Of a DNA stretch of 64,000 bases, positions 13,259 to 26,000 are shown one piece after another (within the stretch, counting starts at the first letter, position 1; each line of letters begins with the position of its first letter). This DNA comes from Anthoceros angustus (Eukaryota > Plantae > Anthocerotophyta): the NCBI GenBank assembly GCA_010909165.1, contig VJWM01000118.1:744001-808000 (forward strand). The letters run 5' to 3'. Both the position numbers and the translations under genes were made by a program. A model generated the notes under the pieces. The model did no database searches, was not told where the DNA came from, and worked only from the letters and a program-made list of their open reading frames with translations.

Positions 13259-13556
13259 ATGTGTGTCCAAATGGCTTAGGCCAAATGGACACACATTTAT
13301 AAGAACGCCGTGATTGAGTATCCTGAGCTTAGATCGGTACTTAGATGGGGTGCCTAAGTATCCTGAGCTTAGATCGGTACTTAGATGGGGTGCCTAAAGG
13401 GAGTGGATGCCCTTGGTGCAAGTAGCTTAGGCACACCATGGTACAAGTTGTTAAGTACCAAGTCCCATGACGGAAATCCGTCCTTAGTGGACTTCAAAAA
13501 AATTCTTCTTCTTCTTCTTCTTCTCTCCTCCTCTTCTTCTTCTTCTTCTCTCCTCC
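13259..13556 (+). mobile_element. Short SINE-like / non-LTR-derived element, copy 1 (internal 40-bp tandem duplication)
   Basis: Homologous to 30733-30961, 31221-31436 and 50962-51183. 5' hairpin at 13259-13296, 3' (TTC)n tail. Confidence 0.65.
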
Positions 13557-13682
13557 GTAATACATCCCACCGCTCGAGATTGGTAGTGCCATACGTCCTT
13601 AGTAGGTACCGATAGTTCTCGATGTTGGTTTTCATGGTTTCTTATGCTCTTTCTGAATAGATATAAATACTAAGTAAGCGAT

Positions 13683-16600
13683 TTATTGGCCATCGATCGG
13701 CTTCTGTAGGGGCGACCGCCCGCCCGATGATTCACCTTGTTCAGAACTTGAAGCCGGTGGCTGGTACAGAGTTTGGCCTTCCAAGGGGCCTCCCAAATTC
13801 AAAGACAAGCGAGTGACATATATGTCTTCCTCAGCAGCCGCTCTGGAAGACGTTTCAGCCGACTCCTCTTCTTTCTGTTGGTTCTCAACGGCTTTCAGTT
13901 TGGCTTGGGTAGCCATCTTGATGTTGCCTTCCACTATACCCAGCTGAACCTTAGAGAACGTTTCCACCTGACGGTTCCCAGTACGCTTTGCGTACTTTAG
14001 GGCAGCATTGTACTCAGTTCGAGCTTCGAGATGCCTGCGTCGGCTTGGCAGGTCTAAGGTTAAAAGTTCGTGAATAAGGAGTTTATATGGTGGCTCACTT
14101 GCAAAATTCTTGTGCGTACCTCTCCATGCGGAAAGCTATGTTGCCAAGAGTGAAGTGTGCTCTGGCTTGACCGACTTGGTCATTCAGCAGTCGGCAGATT
14201 TGCAGGTACCTGAACATCCAGAATGAACCGAAGATGAATAGTCATGCATGGTGAAGCATTGGCACAAACTTGGATTAAGTTCTTGAGGAGGGAGGTGATA
14301 CCTTGACATGCAGGCCTTGGCGGCCAACATCTTGTCTCTCCGAAAAAGGAGGAAGCCAAGACTACTCAATGCAATGGATTGCTCCTGTGGATTCTCTAAC
14401 GTGGTACAGCATTTCAACGCTTTCTGCACATCACATGGGTCTCAGCACCTTCGCCTAAACCTGGCTCTCACAAAGAGGTGTTCAACTTAAGGGCACAACA
14501 GACTCAGCAGTGATTCTTGCCTTGAAAAACTGGGCTGCATCGTTCCACTTCCCCAGCTTCATGGAGATGAATCCCAAGTTTGTGAATGCCACAAACTTTC
14601 CTTGTAGGTCTGCCATTTCCGCATGCTTTATGTGGTGCTGCATTGCTTGCTCATACTGCGGAGGGCCACAGCGAGTCAACACGTGAACTCAGTAATTTCA
14701 GACCTCTGGAACGTTGATCCGCCCCTGGTCGGAAGGACAGAGCAAACCTCGATGATGTCATCAGTTTGGGTTGCAACCTCTTCATCATGAAGAGCATGCT
14801 TCACAGTTTGAGCTTCCTGCAAGGAGCAGCCCATGCAGTTGTACGCCAGAGCCTGGCCTTCCCTGTCTTCTACTCTTCTGCAAATGTCCAGGAATCGTTC
14901 ATAGTTCTCTATCGCCTTAGGATAGTCCTGCATTTATCAGCAGCAATATCATTTATCAGATGGGTGTCAGCACCGTCCTTATCTGCAAGCCCACCCAACT
15001 GAATGAGAGATAAAAGTACCTGGCAGTTGTCATACAGTACAGCCATGCATAAGACTGCTCTTCCTTCGTCGAGCAACCGACTTGAATCATGTGATCGCTT
15101 ACATGAATCGGCAAGCACCTGGTAGTCAAGCAGCTTCTCTTTGTACCCTGAAAGACACCTCTCCATCGAATGGATCAAAGTGGACGCTTAATATGGGACT
15201 TGCGACTTTCTCAGACACCAGTGGGTGCTGAGTATTTTTACCAAAACCTCCTTTTTCTAGAGACTTCTTCTGGTCCTCTGCAGTCAATCTGTTTGGAGCA
15301 CGGTACTGAATTGGTATTGGAAGACGAACAAAGCATGTGCTTGGTCTGCAGAGCTCGAGGTCTGCATCCATGAGGCTTCGAAAATGAGCACATCAACAGA
15401 TATTACGTAGTGCTCAGCTCATTACATCAGCATCAAGAGGCAAATTTACGACCATGAGCCTATCCTTCTTGGGCCCTCATGGACGATCCACAGACATTGC
15501 ACTGGAGCAATGTAGAAGGAAGGACCTGAGGGAGGTGGCTTGCGTCCCAAGATGTACCGAGGAATTGGTACAGCAGGGCCCGCTTTGGAATCGCTTTTCT
15601 CTTCATACCTGGACACATAAATAAACAACCACAGGCTCCATGAGGTGAAGAAAAGTGAAAGAGGTGGAGGAGGTCGTAGTCTAGCTCCCGCGATAGTGAG
15701 ATTGTTAGTCATGAAGAGACGAGTGATTGGGAAGTACCACAGACGGAGACCTTGTGCTCTGTCATTGAGTCTCAGGCCAATGTCAGAGGGGTTCAGCTGC
15801 GCAACTGAGGTTGTCATCACCACACAGCACTTTAAAATCTTGTGGTAGCCAAATGGGAAATGACATAGGCCAGATGCTTGGTGAAAAGGTTTGACATCTC
15901 CACGTGGACAGCCAAACGAAAGAATTATGGTGGTTGGGGTTTCAAGGCCTGATTTGTGAATGTCAGGAGGGAGAGTAAACAGCGTCCCTACGGGGTTGTC
16001 TACTAAAAGAACTACTCTAAGGCTTTGCAGTCCGATACATAGGGTTCATGGCCCAGATGTATCCACATGTTCCCTCCATCCCTGGGTATCTCTTCTGAGC
16101 AGCACATAGGAAACTCAGGGCTCAATACATAACTTGATCTGATAACTATAGCATGACTCCATATTGCTACAGAGCTCTCTAGTAGGTGTAAGACTGCTGT
16201 CTTCACCAAACCTCTTGGCTACTACACAGCTCCGGAGGTCATTTTTGCTTCACGGGGACTTTTCTACTTACAGGACGTTTTACCCTGTACTTACCCTTTG
16301 CAGCCTCCTCGGTTTCAAAATTCATTGCCTTCAGGAGCATGGAAGGAGATCGTCCTGTAGGGTCAGCCATTTCATCATTTTTCTCCTTCGCTTTATCCAT
16401 GATCTGCTTCTGGATAACTTTCTGCGGGGAAAAACTCAGTCCATTCAAAAATCCTCCAGAGACTCTATCATGCTTGAGGATGTTTTTTAAGCTGGGAGAA
16501 ATGCCCTTCATGTCAGGTGTTATTGCAGAGATCACGTCTTGACACCATGCTGTTGTCTTCAGAGTAAGCTTGTCTGCATGTCAGTGGTCATAGATTCAGC

Positions 16601-17329
16601 CCTCTGTTCCTGCATGCCTGTGCAGGTCCGGAAACATGAACCTTGTTGCGATCACATGGGCTCTTAAACATTTTTCCACATTGCATGTAACCATCTGGAA
16701 CAATTTGGTATGGAAGATCTGGTGTGGCTTCACAGCCTACGCTTTTCTCCACCTACCCTTCTCGCTGGGGAAGCACTTCTTGCAGTGCCTATTCCGTCCC
16801 ACACTGAAAAAAACCCCTCATTCGCTTCTTCTCTTCTCCTCCTCCTTTCTTTTTCTGAGATCCTAACTTCACGCTCCTCCAAAGCTTCTCGGTCTGCAAC
16901 CTTCTTCAAGTAAACCCTTTCCTCAGCCGCTTCTTTGTCATCTGCCTCCCGCTTCTCCCTAGCTTTCCTCAATGCCCGAAGCTCCTTCCAGTCTGATGGA
17001 ACAGGAAACTTCTCTTGCTCTTCCTTTAATTTCTGCTTCTCTAGTTCCTTTAAGGTCTTCTTATCAGTTCCCTTTGGACCACGCTCATGCCTTCCAATCT
17101 TACTCAACACCACAATCTTCGGGGCTAATGCCTTTCGAGCCTGGAAACCATTGTATCCCTGAGCAAGAGCGTTGTTTCCACGAGGCTTGAACTCACGGAG
17201 GCTGTCATGGATCCAACTCAGGGAAGACGGGGGACAGTAGCTTCCCAACTGAGGTGTGGCCTCGATATCCTTCTCAACAGTCCGCTTACCCCTTTCTAGT
17301 GCCCACATTGTCTGAGCTTTGAGCAACAA
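13683..17329 (-). CDS. Multi-exon tetratricopeptide-repeat protein with a long charged N-terminal region (5' end uncertain)
   Basis: TPR-like exons DYPKAIENYERFLDICRRVEDREGQALAYNCMG, YEQAMQHHIKHAEMADLQGKFVAFTNLG, EQSIALSSLGFLL and QARAHFTLGNIAF. Last exon ends PIDGQ* at 13683. Upstream E/K/R-rich exons assumed to belong to the same gene. Confidence 0.65.
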
Positions 17330-18476
17330 CTGATGCCCATGCAGGGTGCGATTAAGGGCCAGAACCTTCTGAACACGTCTACCACCTCCTTTTCAAGACA
17401 AGGTCTCAGCTCTGGCGGTGTCTGCGAAGCCAGCATATGTGGCCCACATCCATCAATTCATGGCACATTTTCATGCCCATGAGGGTCTAAACCTTTGTGC
17501 AATCTTTTTCATCTCAATTTCACTCCTCAGTCTCGTCCGCAGAGCAGCCAGAACCACACAAATCCCGCTGCTCCAACATCAAACCTGCTGCCCTTTGAAG
17601 AGAAGAAATCCTTCGTCTGCCTCTCTAAATCCCTAACCCTCCAGGCTCTGCTCCTCCAGCTGCGATCCGCCACTCGCTCGAGGGAAAGCAACGTTGGCGT
17701 CGTCGCCCGCAGTTTTGGAAGGCAAGTAACTGATCTGCAGGATCGGCAAAAGGGACAGGGGCAGGCGCAAGGTGAGGCCCAAAAAGTTGAAGCTTACGCC
17801 ACGGCAGGCAGGCACTGTGGGCGAGGAGCAACCTAAACCGACTTGCTTCTTTGCCTGCCCAAGAGCTGCAGAGTCCATGGCAGGAATGGGGAGCCAGGTG
17901 ACAGTCTTGCTGCTGCGAGGATCTCACTCCGATCTTGTTGCCGAACCCACCCACAAGATCGACGCCATAGCCGGCCGGCAGGCAGGCATCTCATCTTGCC
18001 ACTAGTCGCGTCCAAGCGCCTCTTCACAGCGGCCGGACAGTCCGGTGGCCGGTTTTCTCGTTGGAGAAACCCGTAACGGAACGGGACAGCGTCAAGCCAT
18101 TAAGCAAACAGAGGGTCGAGCCAAGAATTAAGCCGCGAGGTCCAAAGAAAGCCGCTCTGCCTGGCTGCCTGGCCACTCTTCCCCTTAACGTTCCTCTCCT
18201 GTTCAAACCTTTGTCATCGTCGGGCTGGAGCTCTCCTTCAGATCCTCTCTATCTCCTGCTCTCACACCTTCAGCTCACGCTTTGATTGCAAGCACAACCC
18301 ATCCTTTTGACTGAACTTATGAGGCACTCACAAACAGTGATCAAAAGCACGTGACATTTCCGGTCGTGAACAATTGCCCAGGACTGTCATGGGAGTTGCA
18401 GCATGAATTGATAGAATCACCATATCCAGGCTGCCACAACTTTGGGCCCGGGGGCACACTCACTCACTGCAGCAGC

Positions 18477-20822
18477 ATGGTTTCCACCCACGACTCTGAT
18501 GGAGAGGAGATGAGTCTGCCATATGGGAAGGAGAATTTCACAACCGTCAGCCTGGCCGGCAATCTGTACAAAAATGACGCCGAGCTGCTCTGTCCTGTTT
18601 CCACCAGCAGTGCTCTTGCAATAGCTGAATTGCAGGCGGAGCTCAGGTAATGACAAATGTACAGGCAAACCAATTTCTGATGAATTTGGCCTGCAGAGAC
18701 ATGGTCACGGATTTCTGAGACAGGCAGATGTGAATTTCATCTTTCACAGAGCTTATAAGCTGGGGAAACAGAAGTGTTCTTACAACCAGGTGGAGTTGGT
18801 GATCAAAGACATTGATTGCGGAGGAAAGGTGTCGGAGCTGAAGGTTTCAGAGGCCATAGAGACGTGCGTGGGGCCAGAGGTGGATGAGCAGCTTCGGGAG
18901 AGCTGCCTCAAATTCAATGTCCGCTTTGTGAACAACAACAGGATGAATTTGTACCTGTTTGTGGTGTATGCCACGCCTGGCAGGACAACCAGGACCGAGA
19001 AAAACACAGTCCGATATCACTGGGTACCTGTCACACGTTCCAAATGCCGCAAAGGTGATCACGGAACCGTCTTTCAGAATTGTGTGATAAGAGGAATTGA
19101 CGGCTAACCTGGGAATTTGGATGAATTGCAACCTGTAGGCTGCACAGGCCCGGTCATCAGGGGACTGCAGAGATTTGGGAGAATGCCGAGACGGGGAGCA
19201 GGTGCAGCTGAAGGAGGAGAGGATTCCTGGAAGGAGCCAAGACATTTGTATATTGCAATTGATGAAGCCAGCACACACGTCTGCCCTAGAGATGAGACCT
19301 CCAAGTTCAGACTTCTTCTTGCAGCTTACGATGACAGGCAGCAGTTGATGGGCACCACGGTGTCCAGCAGTATACGTGTTTTAGCCAACAACGACGCTCC
19401 TCTGGGTGCAGCCTCCTTCAAGCTTCACTGCCACATCAGAGGTAGGACTCATAACACAGGTATGTCAAGCTTGGAACTCTGGGCATCTGTGCATCCGTTA
19501 CCGTGTGTGTCCGGATGAAATGTCAGGTGGTTGGAGGTCCTCAAGCTCTGCACAGTTTAACTCCAAGGCTGATAGATCCGCAACTTGCAATAGAGCTCCA
19601 TTACAAGGTACTCATGATGTGGAGATTGCAGCACTGTGAAGCACTATTCTTGAACCAACCTGTCCTCCTTGAAGTCGAGCCATTCTAACAATGAGTAAGG
19701 TGGGCAGCAGCCCTACTGCAAAACAACAGCCCAACCCAGAGCTGCAGCACTAGTACACACACATCAAGCGAGGAGACACATCAGGTGGTTGAGTCTCCAA
19801 CATCTGTTCATCAAAGCTTTCTGGCCACAGATCAATCATCCCAAGAACAGGTCGACAAACTTGCAGCTGTGAGGCACATGTGATGATAAGACATAGGAGG
19901 ATCTTGACCCGTGACCATCTCAATCGTGCGCAGGTTCATACCTGCTCAAGCAAGTACAGATCCAAATGCAGTGCCTGGTCGGAAGACATGAATTCTCAAA
20001 GGAAGCAATCACTCACAGAACTGTGTGATCGGCTTTTCGAGACATATGGGGCAAAGCAGGATACAGTGGTGACTCTCAAAAATGTATGCAATGTGCTAGG
20101 TGAGTTAACACTTACAAGCGCACAGGCCTCCCGTGATGTCACATTTCTTTACACTCCATGGGTCAGCACTAACTGCACAACACTTGTCTTTAGGGACCCG
20201 GAAAAACCGCATTGGTGACGTCTTCAATGTGCTAGAAGTTCTAGAGGTGGTCAGACACCAGGCCAGGGATTCGTACATATGGCTTGGCTACCAGCAGATC
20301 AGCCACAGATTAGGAGAGCTCCAGGTACAAGCACCCCACTTGATTGTGAATTCCATAGATTCATTTCAAAAGCGGTGGAATTCGAACACCAACTGGCACG
20401 CTTGGTATGCTTCATGATATCTGTGCTAGACGGAAATGATGAGCATGAGCGAGAGACGTGATTGTCATATGTGCCGGCACACCTCCGGCATGCGAGAGAT
20501 GCAAGAACTAGGTGCCACCGAGCCAACCTTGATCAGAATCATGAGCAGTAATGGAAGGAGCTCTCCAGATTCAGTTTTACCACTGAAGAGCATGTCCCTC
20601 AACTGCAATGAATACAATGCACAGACATCCTCCCGTGCTGGTCTGTACGGAACAGAAAGGAACGACTCAGAAGCAAAGCATCTAGCTCGCAATGAACGAA
20701 TGGGTGGTACATTAGATGCCCCAAAACTTCACACTTCCGGCCAGCCGCAACCAGATGCCATCCAGGAAGTACTAACAGCTGCTGGAATGTGTGGGCTGCA
20801 GAAAATGCTGTTGGGCAGCTGA
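18477..20822 (+). CDS. Atypical E2F/DEL-like winged-helix protein with an unidentified N-terminal domain (gene ends uncertain)
   Basis: Spliced exons give RKQSLTELCDRLFETY..VTLKNVCNVL-GTRKNRIGDVFNVLEVLEVV..DSYIWLG, resembling the DEL/E2F DNA-binding domain. Upstream exons contain RHLYIAIDE..FRLLLAAYD..SSIRVLANND. Confidence 0.55.
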
Positions 20823-21339
20823 CGAGGAAGTTTCTACAGCTGTTTCTCGTGGATGAGGTTTGAGTGTACCTCTTTTCCTGTCTCCCTTGTTTGCTCAGGA
20901 CTGCGATGGACAATCACAAATCAAAGACTTAGCACTAATTTGCTGCATGTTTATCAGGGATTACTTGTTGGTTGGGATCATGCAGTCAGAGCAGTACTTG
21001 ATGATGGGGACATCCAGCACACTGTGCGCGGTGAGGCATGCTAGCCGAGATAAGACTATAGGATTTCTGCATTTCTGCTTTCATAAAAGCATGCTGATAG
21101 ACGTCCATGCTGCTGGAACACAGTTCAATTAAGGCGGCTACTGGATATTGCAACCATCCTATGTGCCTTGCACCTCATCAGGAGAATTGGAAGCTATAAC
21201 TCCAGTTGCTGCTATGAATGGCTTGGAGCTCGAGGAGTGATCAACCATTTCATGTCCAGGGGTATCTTGTCACCATCTGCTATCACTGCTGCAAGTCTCA
21301 TAACAGTCAAGAAGTAAACAGATTGGGAAGGTCCAGCAA

Positions 21340-22305
21340 TTGTATCCGGTCCGAACAAGCAATGTTTCTGTGAGTAGCAGCTTACTTCCCAGACGTGCAG
21401 ATGCAGCTGGCGTGAGGGCGGAGGAACTGAAGTCCAGACTGACCCCACCTTCCGTATTGTTGTGTCCAACCAAGCGAGGAAGATCGAGCCGTGCGGCAGT
21501 AGAGAACTGCCGACGCAAAAGGGCCAAGGTATCCAGTGGATCAGACTCAGAGGGTGTCTCTGAGTGTGCATCTAAGCGTCCCAGACAGCTGCCAAACAGA
21601 TACCTGAGCAGCTCTTCCCTTCGGAAGGAAGGATCACAAACCGGGGTAAGCTTGGCTCCCTCCGTAAAATGCACAGCACAAGGTAGCAAGAAACAAAACC
21701 ATGGCAGCAATCCGAGGGCTGTTAGAGGAAATTGTGAGAAAAGAGGAAACACTGACAACATATGCAAAAAACCTGCTCCAGCTGGGAGGAAGCCTCAACG
21801 TCCCAGGAGCATTGAGGCTCACAAGTCAGCAGCAGGGGATACAAGCCAGGTTGAAGCCGTCCAAGCTCAATCGAACATCACAAGGATTGCTCCGGACTGT
21901 CAAGAGCATAAGACATGGAAGGACAGGAGGCAGTTGACCTTGGTCATTCCTCAGTTACCGAAGGATCTCCAGCATCAGATCTACTCTGCAGCAGAGCCTG
22001 GGAAACCTGGCTCGGCTGCACTTGCCGTTCAGAGATTACAGACATTAGGCCCGTGGCCCTGGTCTGCCTCCTGGCAGCTCTGGGACTGCGAAAGTTGCCA
22101 TCTAGGTCCATGCACAGTCTTCTGTCATGGACATCATGGGCATGATTTTCAAGAGCATGAAATGCCTCTGCCTGCATTCAATCCGTTATTCTATTTGCAG
22201 ATGCTGTTCACTCCACAGCAAGTGGCACAGATGCAGTCACAGAATCCAGGTGAATACACATTTCTCCTCCTCCTTGGATTTGTCAATAGGGCGAGAGATG
22301 CATGA
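21340..22305 (+). CDS. Hypothetical protein: basic low-complexity region plus a Cys/His (B-box-like) motif
   Basis: 321-codon ORF containing WDCESCHLGPCTVFCHGHHGH; probable splice donor near 22250. Confidence 0.35.
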   Translation: MYPVRTSNVSVSSSLLPRRADAAGVRAEELKSRLTPPSVLLCPTKRGRSSRAAVENCRRKRAKVSSGSDSEGVSECASKRPRQLPNRYLSSSSLRKEGSQTGVSLAPSVKCTAQGSKKQNHGSNPRAVRGNCEKRGNTDNICKKPAPAGRKPQRPRSIEAHKSAAGDTSQVEAVQAQSNITRIAPDCQEHKTWKDRRQLTLVIPQLPKDLQHQIYSAAEPGKPGSAALAVQRLQTLGPWPWSASWQLWDCESCHLGPCTVFCHGHHGHDFQEHEMPLPAFNPLFYLQMLFTPQQVAQMQSQNPGEYTFLLLLGFVNRARDA

Positions 22306-23024
22306 AGGTTCTAATCCATGTGTGCTTTTGCAGCTTTTCTGTTCAATTACGTACACTACAACAGAGTCTACTACCATCTCTTCTGTGCACAGACATGTTC
22401 TTTCAACAGCACACTAGTCCGGCCAGTTGCTGAGCTGGGCAGTGTTAAGGCAGACGACATTTTATGTCAGCAGCACCGGAATCCATTACCTTTGTCTGTT
22501 TCTCCAGCTGCACCTCCGAAGATTCCAAGCAGCATTTCAGCCAGCCCTGTGTGGAAGAGAGACAGGAAGGAGCACGGCAATTGCAGTGAGGACTTAGATC
22601 TTGCTTTGGTTGCATGCACTGTGAGCAGGGGCTTAGGTTCAGTTCTGTATTAGCGAAATGTTACGTAGCGTAGGCTTCTGTGCTGTGAGACAAGATAGGT
22701 TTTGCAGGAACAGTTACAAATAAACACACAACAAATTGATGGGTGTGGAGTCTGCTTGCTGCATCAGCAGTACTAATGTACATTATGCGTCTGATCCACA
22801 CAGAAGTGTGATCCGCATCAGTGATACAAACCAAAATCAAGGCACCAACCACAGGTGTCAGTGCCTGTGGCATTTCCTGGCCTAGCCTAATCCTGCTCAG
22901 GAGCTAGCACATGGCCAAGCCATTTTCTCACTGACGGTGCATTCCGTCAGGCCTACAGCCATGTACCGAAGCTCTCAATTAATGATGAATCACTTACAAA
23001 AACCTAGAATCGGAGAAGACACCG

Positions 23025-26000
23025 CTAGTTCGAACTTCCGGACGGCTCCCCGCTGAAAGCGCCACTGCCGCCTGATGTAGACCCTGTCGGACCTGAAGCT
23101 CCAGAAGATGCAGCCCGCGCCCGTTGCATCTGACGAAGTCGGAACAGGTCGCTTGTTGCAGGTTTGCTCGGTGCGGCAGGAACGTCATCCTCGTCTTCCT
23201 GTCCTGCTTTGTGAACATTCAAACCTTAAGCACCATTTGTGGACACTGAACGAAAACATGCTTACTTTTCGTCTTTCACGTCTTCACATTTATGAAACGC
23301 TTGCTTACTTTGAGGATACCGCATTTACGAAAACGCGCTTACTTACTTTCAAGTTCTTTTCTCTTTTGTTGATGACTCTGGCGTGCCTGCCGTTGCCCAG
23401 TCTGGTTCAAGCCTCCTCCAGGAGGTCCCAGCCGAGTTATTCCATTTGTTCCTCCATGTGATTTACCGACATGATCTGTGGACTGAAGACCAGATCCTAC
23501 AACTTGTGCTGTATGGATGTGATGCCCTTGAGCACCAAGACCTTTCAAGTCAGCCTGCAGCAATACAGACATCACAATTTCCGGTTCTGGATACGGTCCT
23601 GCACATAACAGACACCTAACAGATTAGAAGTAATGCCATTGTGACAACTGACTCAGAAGATGTTAGGAGAGATACTTGCCAGGAACATGCGGAAGGCCTC
23701 TGATGAAAGAGGCCAGAGTTGCCGGCAGATACTTCAAACTCTCTTCTCCCGGCTTGAATGCAGCGTCAACGGATGAGCGTCCTGCCGGCAATGTTTGCGA
23801 TCCCGATGGCCGCGGAGGCAAGCCTCCAGGGATGGTTGGTTGCCGCATCTGCAGGTTATGACCAGCACTTCCTGCAGAAACCAGCAGTGAGACCTATATG
23901 AAAACAGGATTTACTACATGACACGACCAGAAAATTACGGCAGAAGAAAATTACCTTGAGCAGATACGATGCCAGGGGGAAGAGGTCCTTGCAAAATCTG
24001 TGAAGTAGCCAAAAGCATGTGGGTTCAGTACTGGTTGGCCAACACCTAAGCCAAGCCATGGCGCCATGACAGAAAGAGATTGCAACGCAGAAATCTGTCT
24101 CACTTGTGATGCTTGAACAGGTAGAGCTCCTCCTGCGGACGTAAAATCAATGATTAATCAGTCAAATACCGCTACTCATAATCACCAAAACAAAAACACT
24201 CATTATATAAGTACTGTCTGATTCGGGCCACTTCGGATTCCCGGTCCCGACCTTTCCTCTACTTCAAATACATTATGTTCTTATTGTTGGTCAATGACGT
24301 TGTGCGCGAACGTTGATTTGTTCTTACCACATCCCTGCCGCGGATCATACAAGACCATCTTCGACACATCGGGTCTTGCCAGATTGAGTGTCGGTGCCGG
24401 TGTCTGTGATTCACTTGCTCCAGTGGAGCCATTCACACCTTTCTCTGATGCAAAGGAAAGGGAAGATAAGGAAAGGAAAAGAACGAAAAACTTCGGCTCC
24501 ACAGGGAAAAAGGAGAAAGGGGACCCCTTCAAACCAACCTGCTTGCGCACTGGTTGCACCTGGTTTTTCCATCTTCTGTGATGCTTTTTGAGCCATTAGC
24601 TACAGCAAACAACTCGATTATGTTACTGGCAGAACGATATCTACAGCCCATATTCAAGCAACTCCAATAACTTTTGTAGGCAAGTAACGCACGGCGAGGG
24701 GAGAAAGGACCTGTTGACGAGTCAAGTGATCGAGATCAGATGTAGAACAGGGCCACAGATCCCGAAACCGATACCGTGAGATCAGCTGCTGTAAGGCTCC
24801 CTCTGAGGTCTCTTCCCCAATTGAAGCTAGCGCTTCCCTTTTTCTTTGTTCGACCTGACCGAGGAACACAAGCCTCTTGAGTTCAGCAATCAAACTGGTT
24901 TGTTGTGTCAGCGGGCAACATGAGAATGCATGGAAGAGAGTGTGCAGTGTGGTTAGTGTGCTTTTGTACCTTCAGTATGCTTTGCAGATCCTCGTATTTC
25001 ACTTCAAGTTCCAAGTACCTATTCCACACCTGTCATTCTAAAATCTCAGCCGAGAGAGCTCCTCACGCAGCTGTTCATCCAATGCTGAGAGGCAACAGTA
25101 CATACCTCGAGAGACTCGTCTGGTGGTAAGACGCTCAAAGCTCGCTCAAACAGTACCCGAACGTTCTTGTCGTCGTTCATGCGGTCTAGGAAATCAGCAT
25201 ATCTGTTGAACAAAGGGACCCAAATCCACTCAATAGCTATGGGGCTTGTACCCAAATTTACAAAGTGCACATCAGCAGTAACATATTGCAGACTCTCAGA
25301 CATTCAACCACTTGCATTCGACAGCACAGATTCAGTAACGAGAACATGAAACTTACTCAAGGACATAAGCAGGCTCGTGGATGTACTTCTTAAGCCCCAA
25401 CTCAAAGATATTTCGAGCTACCTGCAGACCACCAACTTAAGCTGTTTCTGTCAAGTGCAACCTGTCCACGTAATCCTAACAGTGCAAGAGTAGTAAGACA
25501 TAACGTCCATAGAGCGAGAAGAGTATAAACCTTGGGATCTTTATCCACACACAGCTCCATGATTGCAGAAGCCACATACACTTGATATGTACAAGCAGGG
25601 GCCTTGCATGCTTGTAAGAACACCTTCCTTGCTTCATCGATGCCTTCAGTTCTCCGCACAAACCGCATAAACTGATTGTTTCATGAACAACTCTATAGTG
25701 AACACACAATCTTATACTGAGTCACACTGAATGTCATCGAGTGTAGGATCCCTGCTTAGGATAGCTAATCAGGTCACGACCAACAGCTTCAACGTAAGAC
25801 ACACACCTGGATGTAGGAAAGTGCATCGGAGCTGCTGGTATTCCTAAGAAGGCTTTCATACACCTTCTTTGCCTCCTATACAACAAACCCAACAACTTGC
25901 ATAAATAGACACACTTGCCAAACAGCTTAAGAGATGGTAGGCTCCGCAACATACCTTATAATTGCCACGACCTTCTTCAAACTCAGCGCTTGCATAATGA

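Noticed and set aside
13259-13556. Hammerhead ribozyme or tRNA-derived head in the SINE-like element
   Set aside because: No CTGATGA..GAAA core and no Pol III A/B boxes seen.
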